From: Arcobacteraceae bacterium
Lineage (GTDB): Bacteria > Campylobacterota > Campylobacteria > Campylobacterales > Arcobacteraceae
Reading direction: 5' to 3'
Assembly (NCBI GenBank): GCA_048268245.1
Contig: JBLWVX010000027.1
Span: 1 to 34,530, forward strand
Length of the DNA: 34,530 bases
Each line of letters opens with the position of its first letter. The first letter of the stretch is position 1. The notes below the pieces were generated by a model. It saw only the letters and a list, made by a program, of their open reading frames with translations. It was not told the DNA's origin and made no database searches. Below are positions 9,836 to 19,907 of the stretch, one piece after another. The position numbers and the translations under genes are program-made.

Positions 9836-11319
9836 TTTGTTGCTCCAATTTGTAAGATGTCATTTAAGTAGTGAGTAACTGTTGGCTCAAACTTATCCAT
9901 GAATACCTCAGGATAGAATCCCATAAGAAATACTAAAAATACCCAAGGAGCTAGTCCAATGATTTCTTTGATTTTTAAATCTCTCATTTTTACAACAGTT
10001 GAACCCTCAGGTCTATCTTGTAAAATTGCTCTTTGAAACATCCATAACATATATGAAGCACCTATAATTACAGTAAGTGCTGAAATATATCCTAAGGTAT
10101 GATTGAATTCATAAATACCAAAGATAATTAAAAGCTCTGATACAAATCCATTTGTTCCTGGAAGTCCAACATTTGCAAAAAGCATAATTGCAAATATAAA
10201 TGTAAAAATTGGTGCTTGTTTTGCTATTCCACCTAAATCTTTGATAGTTTTAAACCCTGTTTCTTCTTGTAGTAATCCAATAAGTAAAAATAAAGCACCT
10301 GTTGCAATTGCATGGGCAATAATTAAATAAAGTGCTCCATTTATACCATATTCATTTAATGAGAAAATACCAGCAGCAATAAAACTTAAGTGTGATGCTG
10401 ATGAGTAAGCAAACATTCTTTTAATATCATCTTGCATAAGTGCAGCAATACCAAAATAGATTAAACCAAATAATCCAATAGCTACAAACCAGGCAGAAAA
10501 TTCAACATAAATATCTGGGAATATTGGAATCATAAATCTTACGATTGCATAAACACCAAGTTTTGCCATTATAGAAGATAGTAAGAAAACTGCACCTGTA
10601 GGAGCATTTTTATATGTTTCCATAATCCATGTATGAAGTGGGAAGATAGGTATTTTTATAGCAAAAGCAGCTAAGAAACCTAAAAATAACCAAACTTTTT
10701 GACTATACCCAATAGTTGTAATTTTAGTTAATTCATCATAAGCAAAAGACCAAACTCCAAATTCATTAAAGTAAGCCACACCTAAGTATAAAATAGCAAT
10801 AAACATTAAAAGTGAGCCAACCATAGTATAAACAGTTACTTTAATAGTTGTAAATACTTTATTCCCAAACCCATACTGTCCTATAAGTAAAAATACTGGC
10901 AGAAGCATAATTTCCCAAAAGAAGTAGAAAAGTACAACATCAAGTGAAAGTAAAGTTCCTGTAACACCTGTTTGAACTAAAAGCATATTAATCCAGTAAC
11001 CTTTTGTTTTACCTTCCCATAAAAGAAGGTAAGAAGTAGGGATTAAAATAGCAATCATCATTAGAATTGTAAGTGAGAATCCATCTAAACCAATATAATA
11101 GTTAATACCATATGTACTAATCCATGATACATTTGTAACAAATTGCATGCCAGCACTTGGTTCAAATTCAATATAGATTTTTAAAACTAAAGCTAGAATA
11201 ACAGTAGTAGTTAAAAAAGCGATATTTCTAATTGTATTAACATCTCTTGTTGTAAGCATTAATCCAAATGCAACAACAGCAGGTAAAAATATAATAAATG
11301 AAAGAATATCTGAACTCAT
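9832..11319 (-). CDS. nuoM: Complex I antiporter-like subunit M
   Basis: [38 protein letters not shown]. Confidence 0.96.
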   Translation of the reverse strand: MSSDILSFIIFLPAVVAFGLMLTTRDVNTIRNIAFLTTTVILALVLKIYIEFEPSAGMQFVTNVSWISTYGINYYIGLDGFSLTILMMIAILIPTSYLLLWEGKTKGYWINMLLVQTGVTGTLLSLDVVLFYFFWEIMLLPVFLLIGQYGFGNKVFTTIKVTVYTMVGSLLMFIAILYLGVAYFNEFGVWSFAYDELTKITTIGYSQKVWLFLGFLAAFAIKIPIFPLHTWIMETYKNAPTGAVFLLSSIMAKLGVYAIVRFMIPIFPDIYVEFSAWFVAIGLFGLIYFGIAALMQDDIKRMFAYSSASHLSFIAAGIFSLNEYGINGALYLIIAHAIATGALFLLIGLLQEETGFKTIKDLGGIAKQAPIFTFIFAIMLFANVGLPGTNGFVSELLIIFGIYEFNHTLGYISALTVIIGASYMLWMFQRAILQDRPEGSTVVKMRDLKIKEIIGLAPWVFLVFLMGFYPEVFMDKFEPTVTHYLNDILQIGATK

Positions 11320-11320
11320 A

Positions 11321-13207
11321 CTATAATCCTAATGTATAAATTAAGTAGATAAATACGCATGTCATACCAACTAGCATAAACACTGCATAAAATCTTACGT
11401 TTGCATTTTGTATTATTGCAACTTTTTTACCTATATTTACAAATGTTTTAGATGAGTTCATTATAAATGCATCAATAATCTTATCATCTAAAACTTTGTC
11501 TATAAATAAAGATAGTTTTTTTGATGTTTTTACAAATATTGCATCGTAAATTTCATCAACATAGAATTTATTACCAATAAGACCAATTTCTTCTTCTGGT
11601 TTTTCTACATCAAACTTTGCATATTTTTTATAAGCAACAAAAATTCCTCCAACAGCAACAGCAACTGATAAAACAATTAATATCCATTCAACTGCTTGAC
11701 TCATATGTATTGTTTTAGAATTTAACTGAGCAAGCCAAGAGTCAACTTGTGCTTCTCCTCCAAAAATAGGAGCTAAGTTTAGATATCCTGCAAAAACTGC
11801 TCCAATGGCAAGAAGAAGCAATGGTATAGTTATAGTTTTTGATGTATAAACATATTCTACTTTGTGCTTAGTAGGAGCTACAAAAACAATGAAGTACATT
11901 CTAAACATATAAAATGCTGTTAAGAAAGCTGTTCCTAAAGCAATAAGCCAAATTAGGTATTGACCTTCTTGAAATGCAGCTGCTAAGATTGCATCCTTTG
12001 AGAAGAATCCTGAGAAAAATGGAATACCTGAAATTGCAATAACACCAATTAAGAATGTAAACTTGATAATTGGAAGATGTGCTCTATGTTGTGCTATTTC
12101 AAAAATATTTTGTTTATGATGAAGTGCAATTATAATACCACCTGCACCCATAAATAGCATTGCTTTAAAGAAAGCATGTGTAAATACATGAAATAAACCA
12201 GCAGAATAATAACCAAGTCCAACAGCTATAAACATATATCCTAATTGACTCATAGTTGAATAAGCAAGAATTTTCTTAATATCTGTTTGCCTTGTAGCAA
12301 TTATAGCAGCAAGTAGGGCAGAAAATGCACCAATATAAGCTATAAAAAGTCCAATCTCTTCAGCTTCAACATATAAGAAATGAAACCTTGCAACCATATA
12401 CACACCAGCTGTAACCATAGTTGCAGCATGAATTAGTGCAGAAATTGGTGTTGGTCCTGCCATAGCATCAGGAAGCCAAACATATAAAGGAATTTGTGCT
12501 GATTTACCCATAGCTCCTACAAATAGTAAAAAGCCTGATAAAACTAAAAGTTCACTTGAAGCATTTGTGATATTCTCTTCCAAAGAAGCAAAAGATAAAT
12601 CAACTCCTCCTAAAGCAAAAAATAGTGTTACAACTCCAAGTAAAAATCCAAAATCTCCAACTCTATTTGCAATAAAAGCTTTATTTGCAGCTATTACATT
12701 CTCTTTTTTTCCATAATAGAATTTAATTAAAAGGTATGAACAAACACCAACACCTTCCCATCCAATAAATAAAATAATTGGATTATCTGCTAAAACTAAA
12801 ATAAGCATAGAAGCTAAGAAAAGGTTAAAATAGGCAAAGAATTTACCAAAACCATTATCCCCTTTCATATATCCTATTGCATAAATATGAATTAGCCATC
12901 CTACAAATGTTACAAACATTGACATGAAAATAGATAAATTGTCACCTAAAAGAGCCATATCAATATTTAGTTTCTCAATATTTAACCATGTAAATAAATG
13001 CTGAGAAAAAGTGATACCTTCTTCTTTCATTTGTAAGAATAGTGTTAAAGTAATTAAAAAAGAGATTAATGGAGTTATACATCCAATTAAACTAAATGTC
13101 AATTCTGATATAGGTTTTCTTTTTATATGGTAGAAATATAAAGCTCCAAGTAAAATAGAACCTAATAAAGGAGATAAAATAATCCATACTAAAAGTGATG
13201 TACTCAT
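11321..13207 (-). CDS. nuoL: Complex I antiporter-like subunit L
   Basis: GWEGVG, NRVGD, GKSAQIPLYVWLPDAMAGPTPISALIHAATMV, HAFFKA. Confidence 0.97.
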   Translation of the reverse strand: MSTSLLVWIILSPLLGSILLGALYFYHIKRKPISELTFSLIGCITPLISFLITLTLFLQMKEEGITFSQHLFTWLNIEKLNIDMALLGDNLSIFMSMFVTFVGWLIHIYAIGYMKGDNGFGKFFAYFNLFLASMLILVLADNPIILFIGWEGVGVCSYLLIKFYYGKKENVIAANKAFIANRVGDFGFLLGVVTLFFALGGVDLSFASLEENITNASSELLVLSGFLLFVGAMGKSAQIPLYVWLPDAMAGPTPISALIHAATMVTAGVYMVARFHFLYVEAEEIGLFIAYIGAFSALLAAIIATRQTDIKKILAYSTMSQLGYMFIAVGLGYYSAGLFHVFTHAFFKAMLFMGAGGIIIALHHKQNIFEIAQHRAHLPIIKFTFLIGVIAISGIPFFSGFFSKDAILAAAFQEGQYLIWLIALGTAFLTAFYMFRMYFIVFVAPTKHKVEYVYTSKTITIPLLLLAIGAVFAGYLNLAPIFGGEAQVDSWLAQLNSKTIHMSQAVEWILIVLSVAVAVGGIFVAYKKYAKFDVEKPEEEIGLIGNKFYVDEIYDAIFVKTSKKLSLFIDKVLDDKIIDAFIMNSSKTFVNIGKKVAIIQNANVRFYAVFMLVGMTCVFIYLIYTLGL

Positions 13208-13518
13208 GACTTTTCTCCTTGTGATAAAGTATTAAATATATCAGAATCAAGAGATTTTCTTGATCTATATAAAAGAATTATTACAGATAAGAAAATAGCA
13301 GCTTCAGCAGCAGCAATTGCAATAACCATAATTGTAATAATTTGTGGATCCATATCAAAGTGATACCTTGCAAATGTAACTAAAAATAGATTTACTCCAT
13401 TTAGCATCATTTCAATTGACATATAAATTACAAAAACGTTTCTTCTTGCAATTACTCCAATAACTCCAAGGGAGAAAAGTAACATTGATACAAATGCATA
13501 AGATGTTAATGAAATCAT
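13204..13518 (-). CDS. nuoK: Complex I subunit K
   Basis: 104 aa with 3 TM segments, MSIEMMLNG and AAAEAA (conserved Glu residues). Confidence 0.95.
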   Translation of the reverse strand: MISLTSYAFVSMLLFSLGVIGVIARRNVFVIYMSIEMMLNGVNLFLVTFARYHFDMDPQIITIMVIAIAAAEAAIFLSVIILLYRSRKSLDSDIFNTLSQGEKS

Positions 13519-14057
13519 GATTTCTCTCCTTGTGTGTTAATCTCATTGTGAACTTTTGATTTTCTTTTTTTTGCAAGTACAACTGAACCAATTAAAGCGA
13601 TTAAAAGAAGAATTGAAATAAGTTCAAAAGCTACTAACCAGTTATCAAAAAGTTGTATACCTATAGGTTTTATATCTCCAAAATCTGTTTCACTAATACC
13701 TAAATCTTTTTTTGGAAGTTTTGCTACAGCACTTATAATTAAATAGTTTAAAGGAACCATTATAACTGCACCTATTGCTATGTTTTGGAACTTTTTAGGT
13801 TCTTTTGGTAAATCCTCTTCTTTAATATTTAAGAACATTAAAATAAATAGAATCAAAGTCATAATAGCACCTGCATAAACTATTATTTGAACTAGAAAAA
13901 GAAAAGTAGCGTTTAAAAGTGCAAATAGTCCTGCTACACTTAACATAGAGATTAAAACTCCAAGAGCACTATACATAGGGTTTGCATAAACAATCATCGC
14001 AACTGCACCTAATATAGCTAACAATGACAAGCCAATAAATATTAAATCAATCATCAC
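13515..14057 (-). CDS. nuoJ: Complex I subunit J
   Basis: QIIVYAGAIM and FELISILLL. The start may be the second Met (14054). Confidence 0.94.
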   Translation of the reverse strand: MMIDLIFIGLSLLAILGAVAMIVYANPMYSALGVLISMLSVAGLFALLNATFLFLVQIIVYAGAIMTLILFILMFLNIKEEDLPKEPKKFQNIAIGAVIMVPLNYLIISAVAKLPKKDLGISETDFGDIKPIGIQLFDNWLVAFELISILLLIALIGSVVLAKKRKSKVHNEINTQGEKS

Positions 14058-14553
14058 TTAAGTCCTTTGCTCTTTCATTTTTCATTAATGCTTTTTTATC
14101 TAAAAGAAAGTCTTCTCTTTTTGAACCTGTAAAAGAAAAAATTCCTGTATCCATTCTAATAGCATCACAAGGACAAGCCTCTACACAATAACCACAAAAT
14201 ACACACTCTAAAAGATCAATTTTAAACTCTTTTGGTCTTTTTTCAGCTTTTTCATCAAATCTTTCTTCAGCATCAATAAAAATACACTCAGCAGGACAAG
14301 CTGTTGCACACATATAACAAGCAACACATTTTTCACTGCCATCTTCCCATTTTGTAAGTCTATGAACACCTCTATATCTTTCTGTTAAATCATCAGGTTG
14401 AACTTCAGGATATTGCATAGTTTTTAAATTGTCTATGTCTTTTAAGTTTTTAGTGAAGTGTCTAAGTGTTGTTTTCATTCCTCCTGCAATAGCAGGTAAA
14501 TATAGTCTGTCTTTAAATGACTTACCATGTCTTTTTACTACTTTGATTCCCAT
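14047..14553 (-). CDS. nuoI: Complex I subunit I (2x4Fe-4S)
   Basis: YRGVH, CVACYMCATACP, CVFCGYCVEACPCDAI. Confidence 0.96.
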   Translation of the reverse strand: MGIKVVKRHGKSFKDRLYLPAIAGGMKTTLRHFTKNLKDIDNLKTMQYPEVQPDDLTERYRGVHRLTKWEDGSEKCVACYMCATACPAECIFIDAEERFDEKAEKRPKEFKIDLLECVFCGYCVEACPCDAIRMDTGIFSFTGSKREDFLLDKKALMKNERAKDLSDD

Positions 14554-14554
14554 T

Positions 14555-15832
14555 TTAACTTCCTAGTACTATAAAAGTTGCAGTTAAGATTACATTTAAA
14601 AGTGCTAATGGAATTAAAACTTTCCATCCTAGCATTTGTAATTGGTCATATCTAAACCTTAAAACTGTCCATCTAACCCAAATATATAAAAAGGCAACTA
14701 AGAAAAATTTAACTAAGAATGTTCCAATTTGTAAAATAGCTGTAACAATATTTATTCCATTTGTTCCAAGTCCAGTAACTAAAAATAGTGCTAAAAGACC
14801 AACTATTATAAAGCATAAAGACCAAAATGCTATAGTTAAAATTTTTGTTTCTTTTTCTCTTCTTTTATCACCTGTTCCAATTGTTTTATTGTTTTTTTTC
14901 ATCCATTTTGTAAAGATAAATATCTTTATTGGAAGTAAAATCATAATTGCAACTATTACATAGCTTATATTACTATGGATAGTTTGTGTATCAAGCCAAG
15001 GAATTTGGTATCCACCAAAAAATAAAGTTACTATAATAGCAGATGAAGCAGACATAGCAGCATATTCACCAACTTGGAAAAGACCAAATCTCATAGCTGA
15101 ATATTCAGTATGATAACCTGCAACAATTTCAGATTCTCCCTCAGCTATATCAAAAGGAGCTCTGTTTGTTTCTGCAAAAGCACATACTATAAATATAATA
15201 GCTGCTAAGGGTTGTATAAAAATACCCCACATTGGAATTACACCAAGGAAAGTTCCAGCTTGTGCATTTACAATATCGGTTAAATGAATTGAACCATATG
15301 AAATAACCATAGATACAACAGCTAAAGTTAAAGCAACTTCATAAGAGATAACTTGTGCACTTGCTCTAATTGAACCTAAAAGTCCATATTTATTTTGAGA
15401 AGCATATCCCCCAAGGATTATTCCATAAATTGAAAGTCCAGCAAAAGCTAAAAACCACATGATACCAAGTTCATTTGGAATAGCAGACATAATATGTGAT
15501 TCTCCATCTATTATTAAAACATCAGCAAACGGAATTGTCGCAAATGTTAAAAATGAACAGAAAAATACAATTGCAGGTGCAATAGAAAATAAAAACTTAT
15601 ATTTGATATGTGATGGTGTAAAGTCTTCTTTAAAAACAAGTTTTAACATATCTGCAAAACTTTGAATAAGTCCACCAAGTCTTAATGGTCCTATATTACA
15701 TCTATTTGGGCCAGTTCTATCTTGCATAAGTCCTGATATTCTTCTTTCCCACCATACAAAAAGCGGAGTTAAACCTACTGCTAATAGCGATGCAATGGAT
15801 ATATTTATTATTGTTATTGCTGTACTACTCAT
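14555..15832 (-). CDS. nuoH: Complex I subunit H, long form
   Basis: WERR...QDRTGPNR, AETNRAPFDIAEGESEIVAGYHTEYS, RFRYDQL...GWK. 425 aa, including a hydrophobic insertion. Confidence 0.96.
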   Translation of the reverse strand: MSSTAITIINISIASLLAVGLTPLFVWWERRISGLMQDRTGPNRCNIGPLRLGGLIQSFADMLKLVFKEDFTPSHIKYKFLFSIAPAIVFFCSFLTFATIPFADVLIIDGESHIMSAIPNELGIMWFLAFAGLSIYGIILGGYASQNKYGLLGSIRASAQVISYEVALTLAVVSMVISYGSIHLTDIVNAQAGTFLGVIPMWGIFIQPLAAIIFIVCAFAETNRAPFDIAEGESEIVAGYHTEYSAMRFGLFQVGEYAAMSASSAIIVTLFFGGYQIPWLDTQTIHSNISYVIVAIMILLPIKIFIFTKWMKKNNKTIGTGDKRREKETKILTIAFWSLCFIIVGLLALFLVTGLGTNGINIVTAILQIGTFLVKFFLVAFLYIWVRWTVLRFRYDQLQMLGWKVLIPLALLNVILTATFIVLGS

Positions 15833-17265
15833 AGCGTTCCTTTAGAAATCATTTCTTTTAAATGTTCAATTATAGAAGTAACTGTTTCCATAGGTTCATT
15901 TTTATTCATTTGAGAAATAACTTTTTGTTTTACACCCTCACAGTTTATGTAAGTACCACTTTTCTCATAAAATGAACTAATAGGTATAGCTATATTTGAG
16001 TAGCTTATTGTTAAACAATGATGACTAAATAAAGATACTACTTTTTTACCATTTAAAAGTTCACTTCTATTTTCAAAATAGTTATTATCTACTATTACAA
16101 CTGTGCTAGATTCTTTTAAAGATTTATTAAAAAACTCTTCTGTTTCATCTATGCCTATTTCTTTGAAAGAAGCTCTATTTGCTGTTCTGTCATTTGTTCT
16201 TAGATAATCGTCTTTGAAGTTTTCATCATAAGTATCAGGACTATATCCAGATACCTTAGCATTTATTTTTGAAGCTAAGTTATTAATGTTTGACATTTCT
16301 TCATAAGAAAGATTTGCACTTAATACAAAAAGAGTACTTTTTGATGTTGATAACTCTTTAAATAAGTTTGTAATTGTGTTACTTAGATTTGTCTGCTCTT
16401 TGTTTAAAAGTGGAGTTTCAAATCTATTTTGGTTTTCATCGTGATAAGATAATCTTCCTTCATCACATATAAACCAACCATTTACATTTTTATTTACTCT
16501 CGGTCTAAATCTATAGATTTTATCATCTTCATATTTCTCTTTTCTATGGTCAACATAGATATTACATCCCTTTGAACATCCATTACATATTGCATTAAAT
16601 GTTTCTAAGAACCAAACCCTTTGTTTAAATCTAAAGTCTTTTGAAGTTAAAGCTCCAACAGGACATAAATCAACAACATTCATTGCATATGGATTCGATA
16701 GGGGACGACCAGGAAATATACCAATAGTTGAGTGGTCAGATCTATCTATTACACCTAACTCTGCTGTTTTAGTAATATCTTTACAGAATCTAACACATCT
16801 AGTACAAAGTACACATCTTTCTTCATCAAGCATTACATTTGAGCCTAAGTCAACTCTTTTTCTATGCTTATTTTTAGAATCTACATTTATCCTTGATTCA
16901 TAAAAACCAGATTCCATGTAGTAATCTTGTAATTTACACTCTCCTGCTTGATCACAAGTAGGACAGTCAATAGGGTGATTTATAAGTTCAAGTTCTAGAA
17001 TATCTCGTCTAACTTTTTCAATATTCTTACCTTTTGTTCTTACAATCATTCCATCTTTTACAGGTGTGTCACAGGCAATTTGAGGTCTTTTTTGACCTTC
17101 TATTTCAACCATACACATCCTACAGTTACCATCTTTACCAAGTGCTTGGTGATAACAAAAATGAGGTATGTGAATATTCTCATCCAATAATTTATCAATT
17201 AACAAGCTTCCTTTGGAAGCTTGCATTTGGGCACCATTGACTGTAATTTCTACCATTTCACTCAT
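15829..17265 (-). CDS. nuoG: Complex I subunit G, short form
   Basis: CYH...GNCRMC...C (N1b), HPIDCPTCDQAGEC (N5), CVLCTRC...CP (N4), CNGCSKGC...CDEGR (N7-type). Only 478 aa. Confidence 0.9.
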   Translation of the reverse strand: MSEMVEITVNGAQMQASKGSLLIDKLLDENIHIPHFCYHQALGKDGNCRMCMVEIEGQKRPQIACDTPVKDGMIVRTKGKNIEKVRRDILELELINHPIDCPTCDQAGECKLQDYYMESGFYESRINVDSKNKHRKRVDLGSNVMLDEERCVLCTRCVRFCKDITKTAELGVIDRSDHSTIGIFPGRPLSNPYAMNVVDLCPVGALTSKDFRFKQRVWFLETFNAICNGCSKGCNIYVDHRKEKYEDDKIYRFRPRVNKNVNGWFICDEGRLSYHDENQNRFETPLLNKEQTNLSNTITNLFKELSTSKSTLFVLSANLSYEEMSNINNLASKINAKVSGYSPDTYDENFKDDYLRTNDRTANRASFKEIGIDETEEFFNKSLKESSTVVIVDNNYFENRSELLNGKKVVSLFSHHCLTISYSNIAIPISSFYEKSGTYINCEGVKQKVISQMNKNEPMETVTSIIEHLKEMISKGTL

Positions 17266-17313
17266 GAGTATTATCCCCTTACACCTAGTGTTTTTATTTA
17301 AATAGTTTAACTA

Positions 17314-18600
17314 TTAGTTTCCTGTATATAATTGTCTTGGTCTAGCAATTTTATGCTTAGGATCTTGTTTTAACTCAGACCATTGTGAAATCCATCCTGG
17401 AATTCTACCAATAACAAAGATTGGAGTAAACATCTCTACAGGAATTTTAAGTGCAGTTAAAATTACACCTGAATAGAAGTCAATATTTGGGTAAAGTCCT
17501 CTATCTTTGAAGTAATCATCATTTAATGCTGCTTCTTCAACTGCTGCTGCTACATCTAATAATTTAGAGTCTAAGTTTAACTCTTCTCTTAATTTATCTT
17601 GTAGTCCTTTTAAAGTCTCAGCTCTTGGATCTCTGTTTTTGTAAACTCTATGTCCGAATCCCATTAATCTGAATGGGTCATTTCTATCTTTAGCTTTTGC
17701 AATATAAGTTGGTACATTTTTAACATCACCAATTAATTTTAATTGATCCATAACTTTTTCATTTGCTCCACCATGAGCAGAACCCCATAATGCAGAAATA
17801 CCAGATGCAATAGATACATAAGGGTGAGCTTCAGTAGAACCAACATTTCTTACTGTAGTAGTAGAAGCATTTTGTTCATGATCAGCATGTAAAGTTAAGA
17901 TTGCATCTAATGCATCAACTTCAACTTGTTTAATCTCATCATTAACACCATTTCCTAAATACTTCATATTTCCACCTGGATATGCTCTTAACATGTATAA
18001 GAAGTTTTCAGTAAAGTATCTATTTACATCTGGGTAAATTAGAGGAGTACCAATTGAGTTTCTGTAAGCCATAGCTGCAATAGTAGGCATTTTTGCTAAG
18101 ATTCTTCTTCTCATTGTTTTAAATTCATCTTCATTCTCTAAATGTAAGTGATCTTTATAGAATGCAGATAAAGCCATAGTTGCTGCACCCATAGTTGCCA
18201 TTGGATGTGCACCATCTGGTAATGCATCAAATAATCTAATGATTCCTTCGTTTAAGAATGATCTGTGTCTAATTTCTAAATCAAAGTCTTTTGATTCAGC
18301 TTCAGATGGTAATCTTCCCATCATTAATAAGTGACAAACGTCAAGGTATGAGTGCTTTCCTGCTAATTCTTTGATATCATAACCTCTATATCTTAACTCT
18401 GAGTTTTCACCGTCAATAAATGTGATTTTTGATTCACAAGATGCAGTTGAAGTATATCCTGGATCGTATGTAAACATTCCTGAATCTTTATAAAAAGTTG
18501 AAATATCAACAACGCTTGGTCCTCTTGTTCCATCTATAATATTATATTCGTATGTATCACCATTTCTATTGTCAGTAAGTGTCATAGTATTTTTTGCCAT
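17314..18600 (-). CDS. gltA: Citrate synthase (type II-like, Gram-negative)
   Basis: YDPG...ITFIDG, LHADHEQNAST, HGGANE, MGFGHRVY, PNIDFYSG, RPRQLY. Strong RBS AAAGGAGA. Confidence 0.97.
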   Translation of the reverse strand: MAKNTMTLTDNRNGDTYEYNIIDGTRGPSVVDISTFYKDSGMFTYDPGYTSTASCESKITFIDGENSELRYRGYDIKELAGKHSYLDVCHLLMMGRLPSEAESKDFDLEIRHRSFLNEGIIRLFDALPDGAHPMATMGAATMALSAFYKDHLHLENEDEFKTMRRRILAKMPTIAAMAYRNSIGTPLIYPDVNRYFTENFLYMLRAYPGGNMKYLGNGVNDEIKQVEVDALDAILTLHADHEQNASTTTVRNVGSTEAHPYVSIASGISALWGSAHGGANEKVMDQLKLIGDVKNVPTYIAKAKDRNDPFRLMGFGHRVYKNRDPRAETLKGLQDKLREELNLDSKLLDVAAAVEEAALNDDYFKDRGLYPNIDFYSGVILTALKIPVEMFTPIFVIGRIPGWISQWSELKQDPKHKIARPRQLYTGN

Positions 18601-18641
18601 TAATTTCTCCTTTAATAAATTGACTTAATTTTTTTGTTTCT

Positions 18642-19907
18642 TTATTTTTTAAAATGTGCTTCAAACTCATGTTTGAATTTCTCAACAATACTTTTTATTA
18701 TATCTTTAACTGCTGGTGCAAATACACAGATTGTTTTTCCATTCATTGTATCACACACATCAAGTATTGTTGATAAATCTTCGTTTGAACCTTCACCATC
18801 TAAAATCTTTTTGATAATTTTATCTATCCATCCACAGCCCTCTCTACAAGGTGTGCATTGTCCACAAGACTCATGATGATAAAACTCAATTAAGTTTTTA
18901 GCAACATCAACCATAGATACTCCATGGGGAATAATCATCATTCCTCCTGTACCTAAAGTTGAACCAATATCCCACATTGATTCATAATCTAAATATGCCT
19001 TCTCAACCTCCTGTGCAGTTAAGATAGGACATGAAGCTCCTCCTGGAATCACAGCTTTAAGCTCTAATCCATCTTGAAGTCCTCCTCCTATCTTATTTAT
19101 TACATCTATCATTTTATTTCCGTAAGCTAGTTCATAAACCCCTGGGTTTTTAACTGGTCCACTCATTGCAAATAGCATAGTTCCTGGTGCTTTTTCCGTA
19201 CCATATTTTGTGTATGATTCATAACCATTTAACACAATATTCGGAACAGAAGCAATAGTTTCTACATTATTTACAGTTGCAGGATTTCCAAAGAACCATT
19301 CACACTCTTTACCATGTGGTTTAAGTCTTGGATGACCTCTCTTGCCTTCAATTGACTCAATTAGTGCTGATTTCTCTCCACAAATATAAGCACCTCCCCC
19401 TCTATGAACTGTAATGTCCATTCTATAGTCATATTTATTCATAACTTTAGGACCAATAATACCTGCCGCGTAAGCTTCTTCAATAGCAGCATTTAGTCTA
19501 TCAATGAAAAATTTATATTCACCTCTTATATAAATATAACAATCATGAGCACCAATTGCATATGATGAACAAATAATTCCTTCTATTAAAAGGTGTGGGT
19601 CATATTCAAAGATTTGTCTATCTTTGAAAGTTCCTGGTTCACTTTCATCCCCATTTGCAATTAAATATCTTGGTCTATCATCTATAGGTGGCATTAATTT
19701 CCATTTAGGTCCACAAGGTGCACCACCTCCACCTTTTCCTCTTAGACCACTTTTACAAACTTCTTCTGTAACTTCATCAGGACTCATAGAAAATAGTTTA
19801 TCTATAGATTCATATCTTCCATGTTTTAAAGCTACTTCTAATTTATGAGAATTAGGAATATCAAAATTTTTACTTACGATTTTTACTATCATATCATTAG
19901 CACTCAT
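18642..19907 (-). CDS. nuoF: Complex I flavoprotein subunit F with an atypical nucleotide pocket
   Basis: GLRGKGGGG Gly-rich loop, NGDESEPGTFKDR, GAYICGE, NNVET, ESCGQCTPCREG...C (N3). Confidence 0.95.
   Translation of the reverse strand: MSANDMIVKIVSKNFDIPNSHKLEVALKHGRYESIDKLFSMSPDEVTEEVCKSGLRGKGGGGAPCGPKWKLMPPIDDRPRYLIANGDESEPGTFKDRQIFEYDPHLLIEGIICSSYAIGAHDCYIYIRGEYKFFIDRLNAAIEEAYAAGIIGPKVMNKYDYRMDITVHRGGGAYICGEKSALIESIEGKRGHPRLKPHGKECEWFFGNPATVNNVETIASVPNIVLNGYESYTKYGTEKAPGTMLFAMSGPVKNPGVYELAYGNKMIDVINKIGGGLQDGLELKAVIPGGASCPILTAQEVEKAYLDYESMWDIGSTLGTGGMMIIPHGVSMVDVAKNLIEFYHHESCGQCTPCREGCGWIDKIIKKILDGEGSNEDLSTILDVCDTMNGKTICVFAPAVKDIIKSIVEKFKHEFEAHFKK

Noticed and set aside
15829..17265. 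nuoG as a truncated pseudogene caused by the gltA insertion
   Set aside because: The N-terminus and all Fe-S ligands are intact, the C-terminal family motif is present, and the stop is coupled to the nuoH start.
17301..17315. AATAGTT-T-AACTATT dyad at the gltA stop
   Set aside because: Almost all A/T with a 1-nt centre. Too unstable for a terminator and likely chance at this base composition.
19396..19400. G5 run in nuoF (minus strand) and several A/T runs of 8-9 nt, as possible phase-variation tracts
   Set aside because: Campylobacterota contingency tracts are usually G/C runs of 8 or more. This one encodes Gly codons in frame, and A/T runs are common in such an AT-rich genome.
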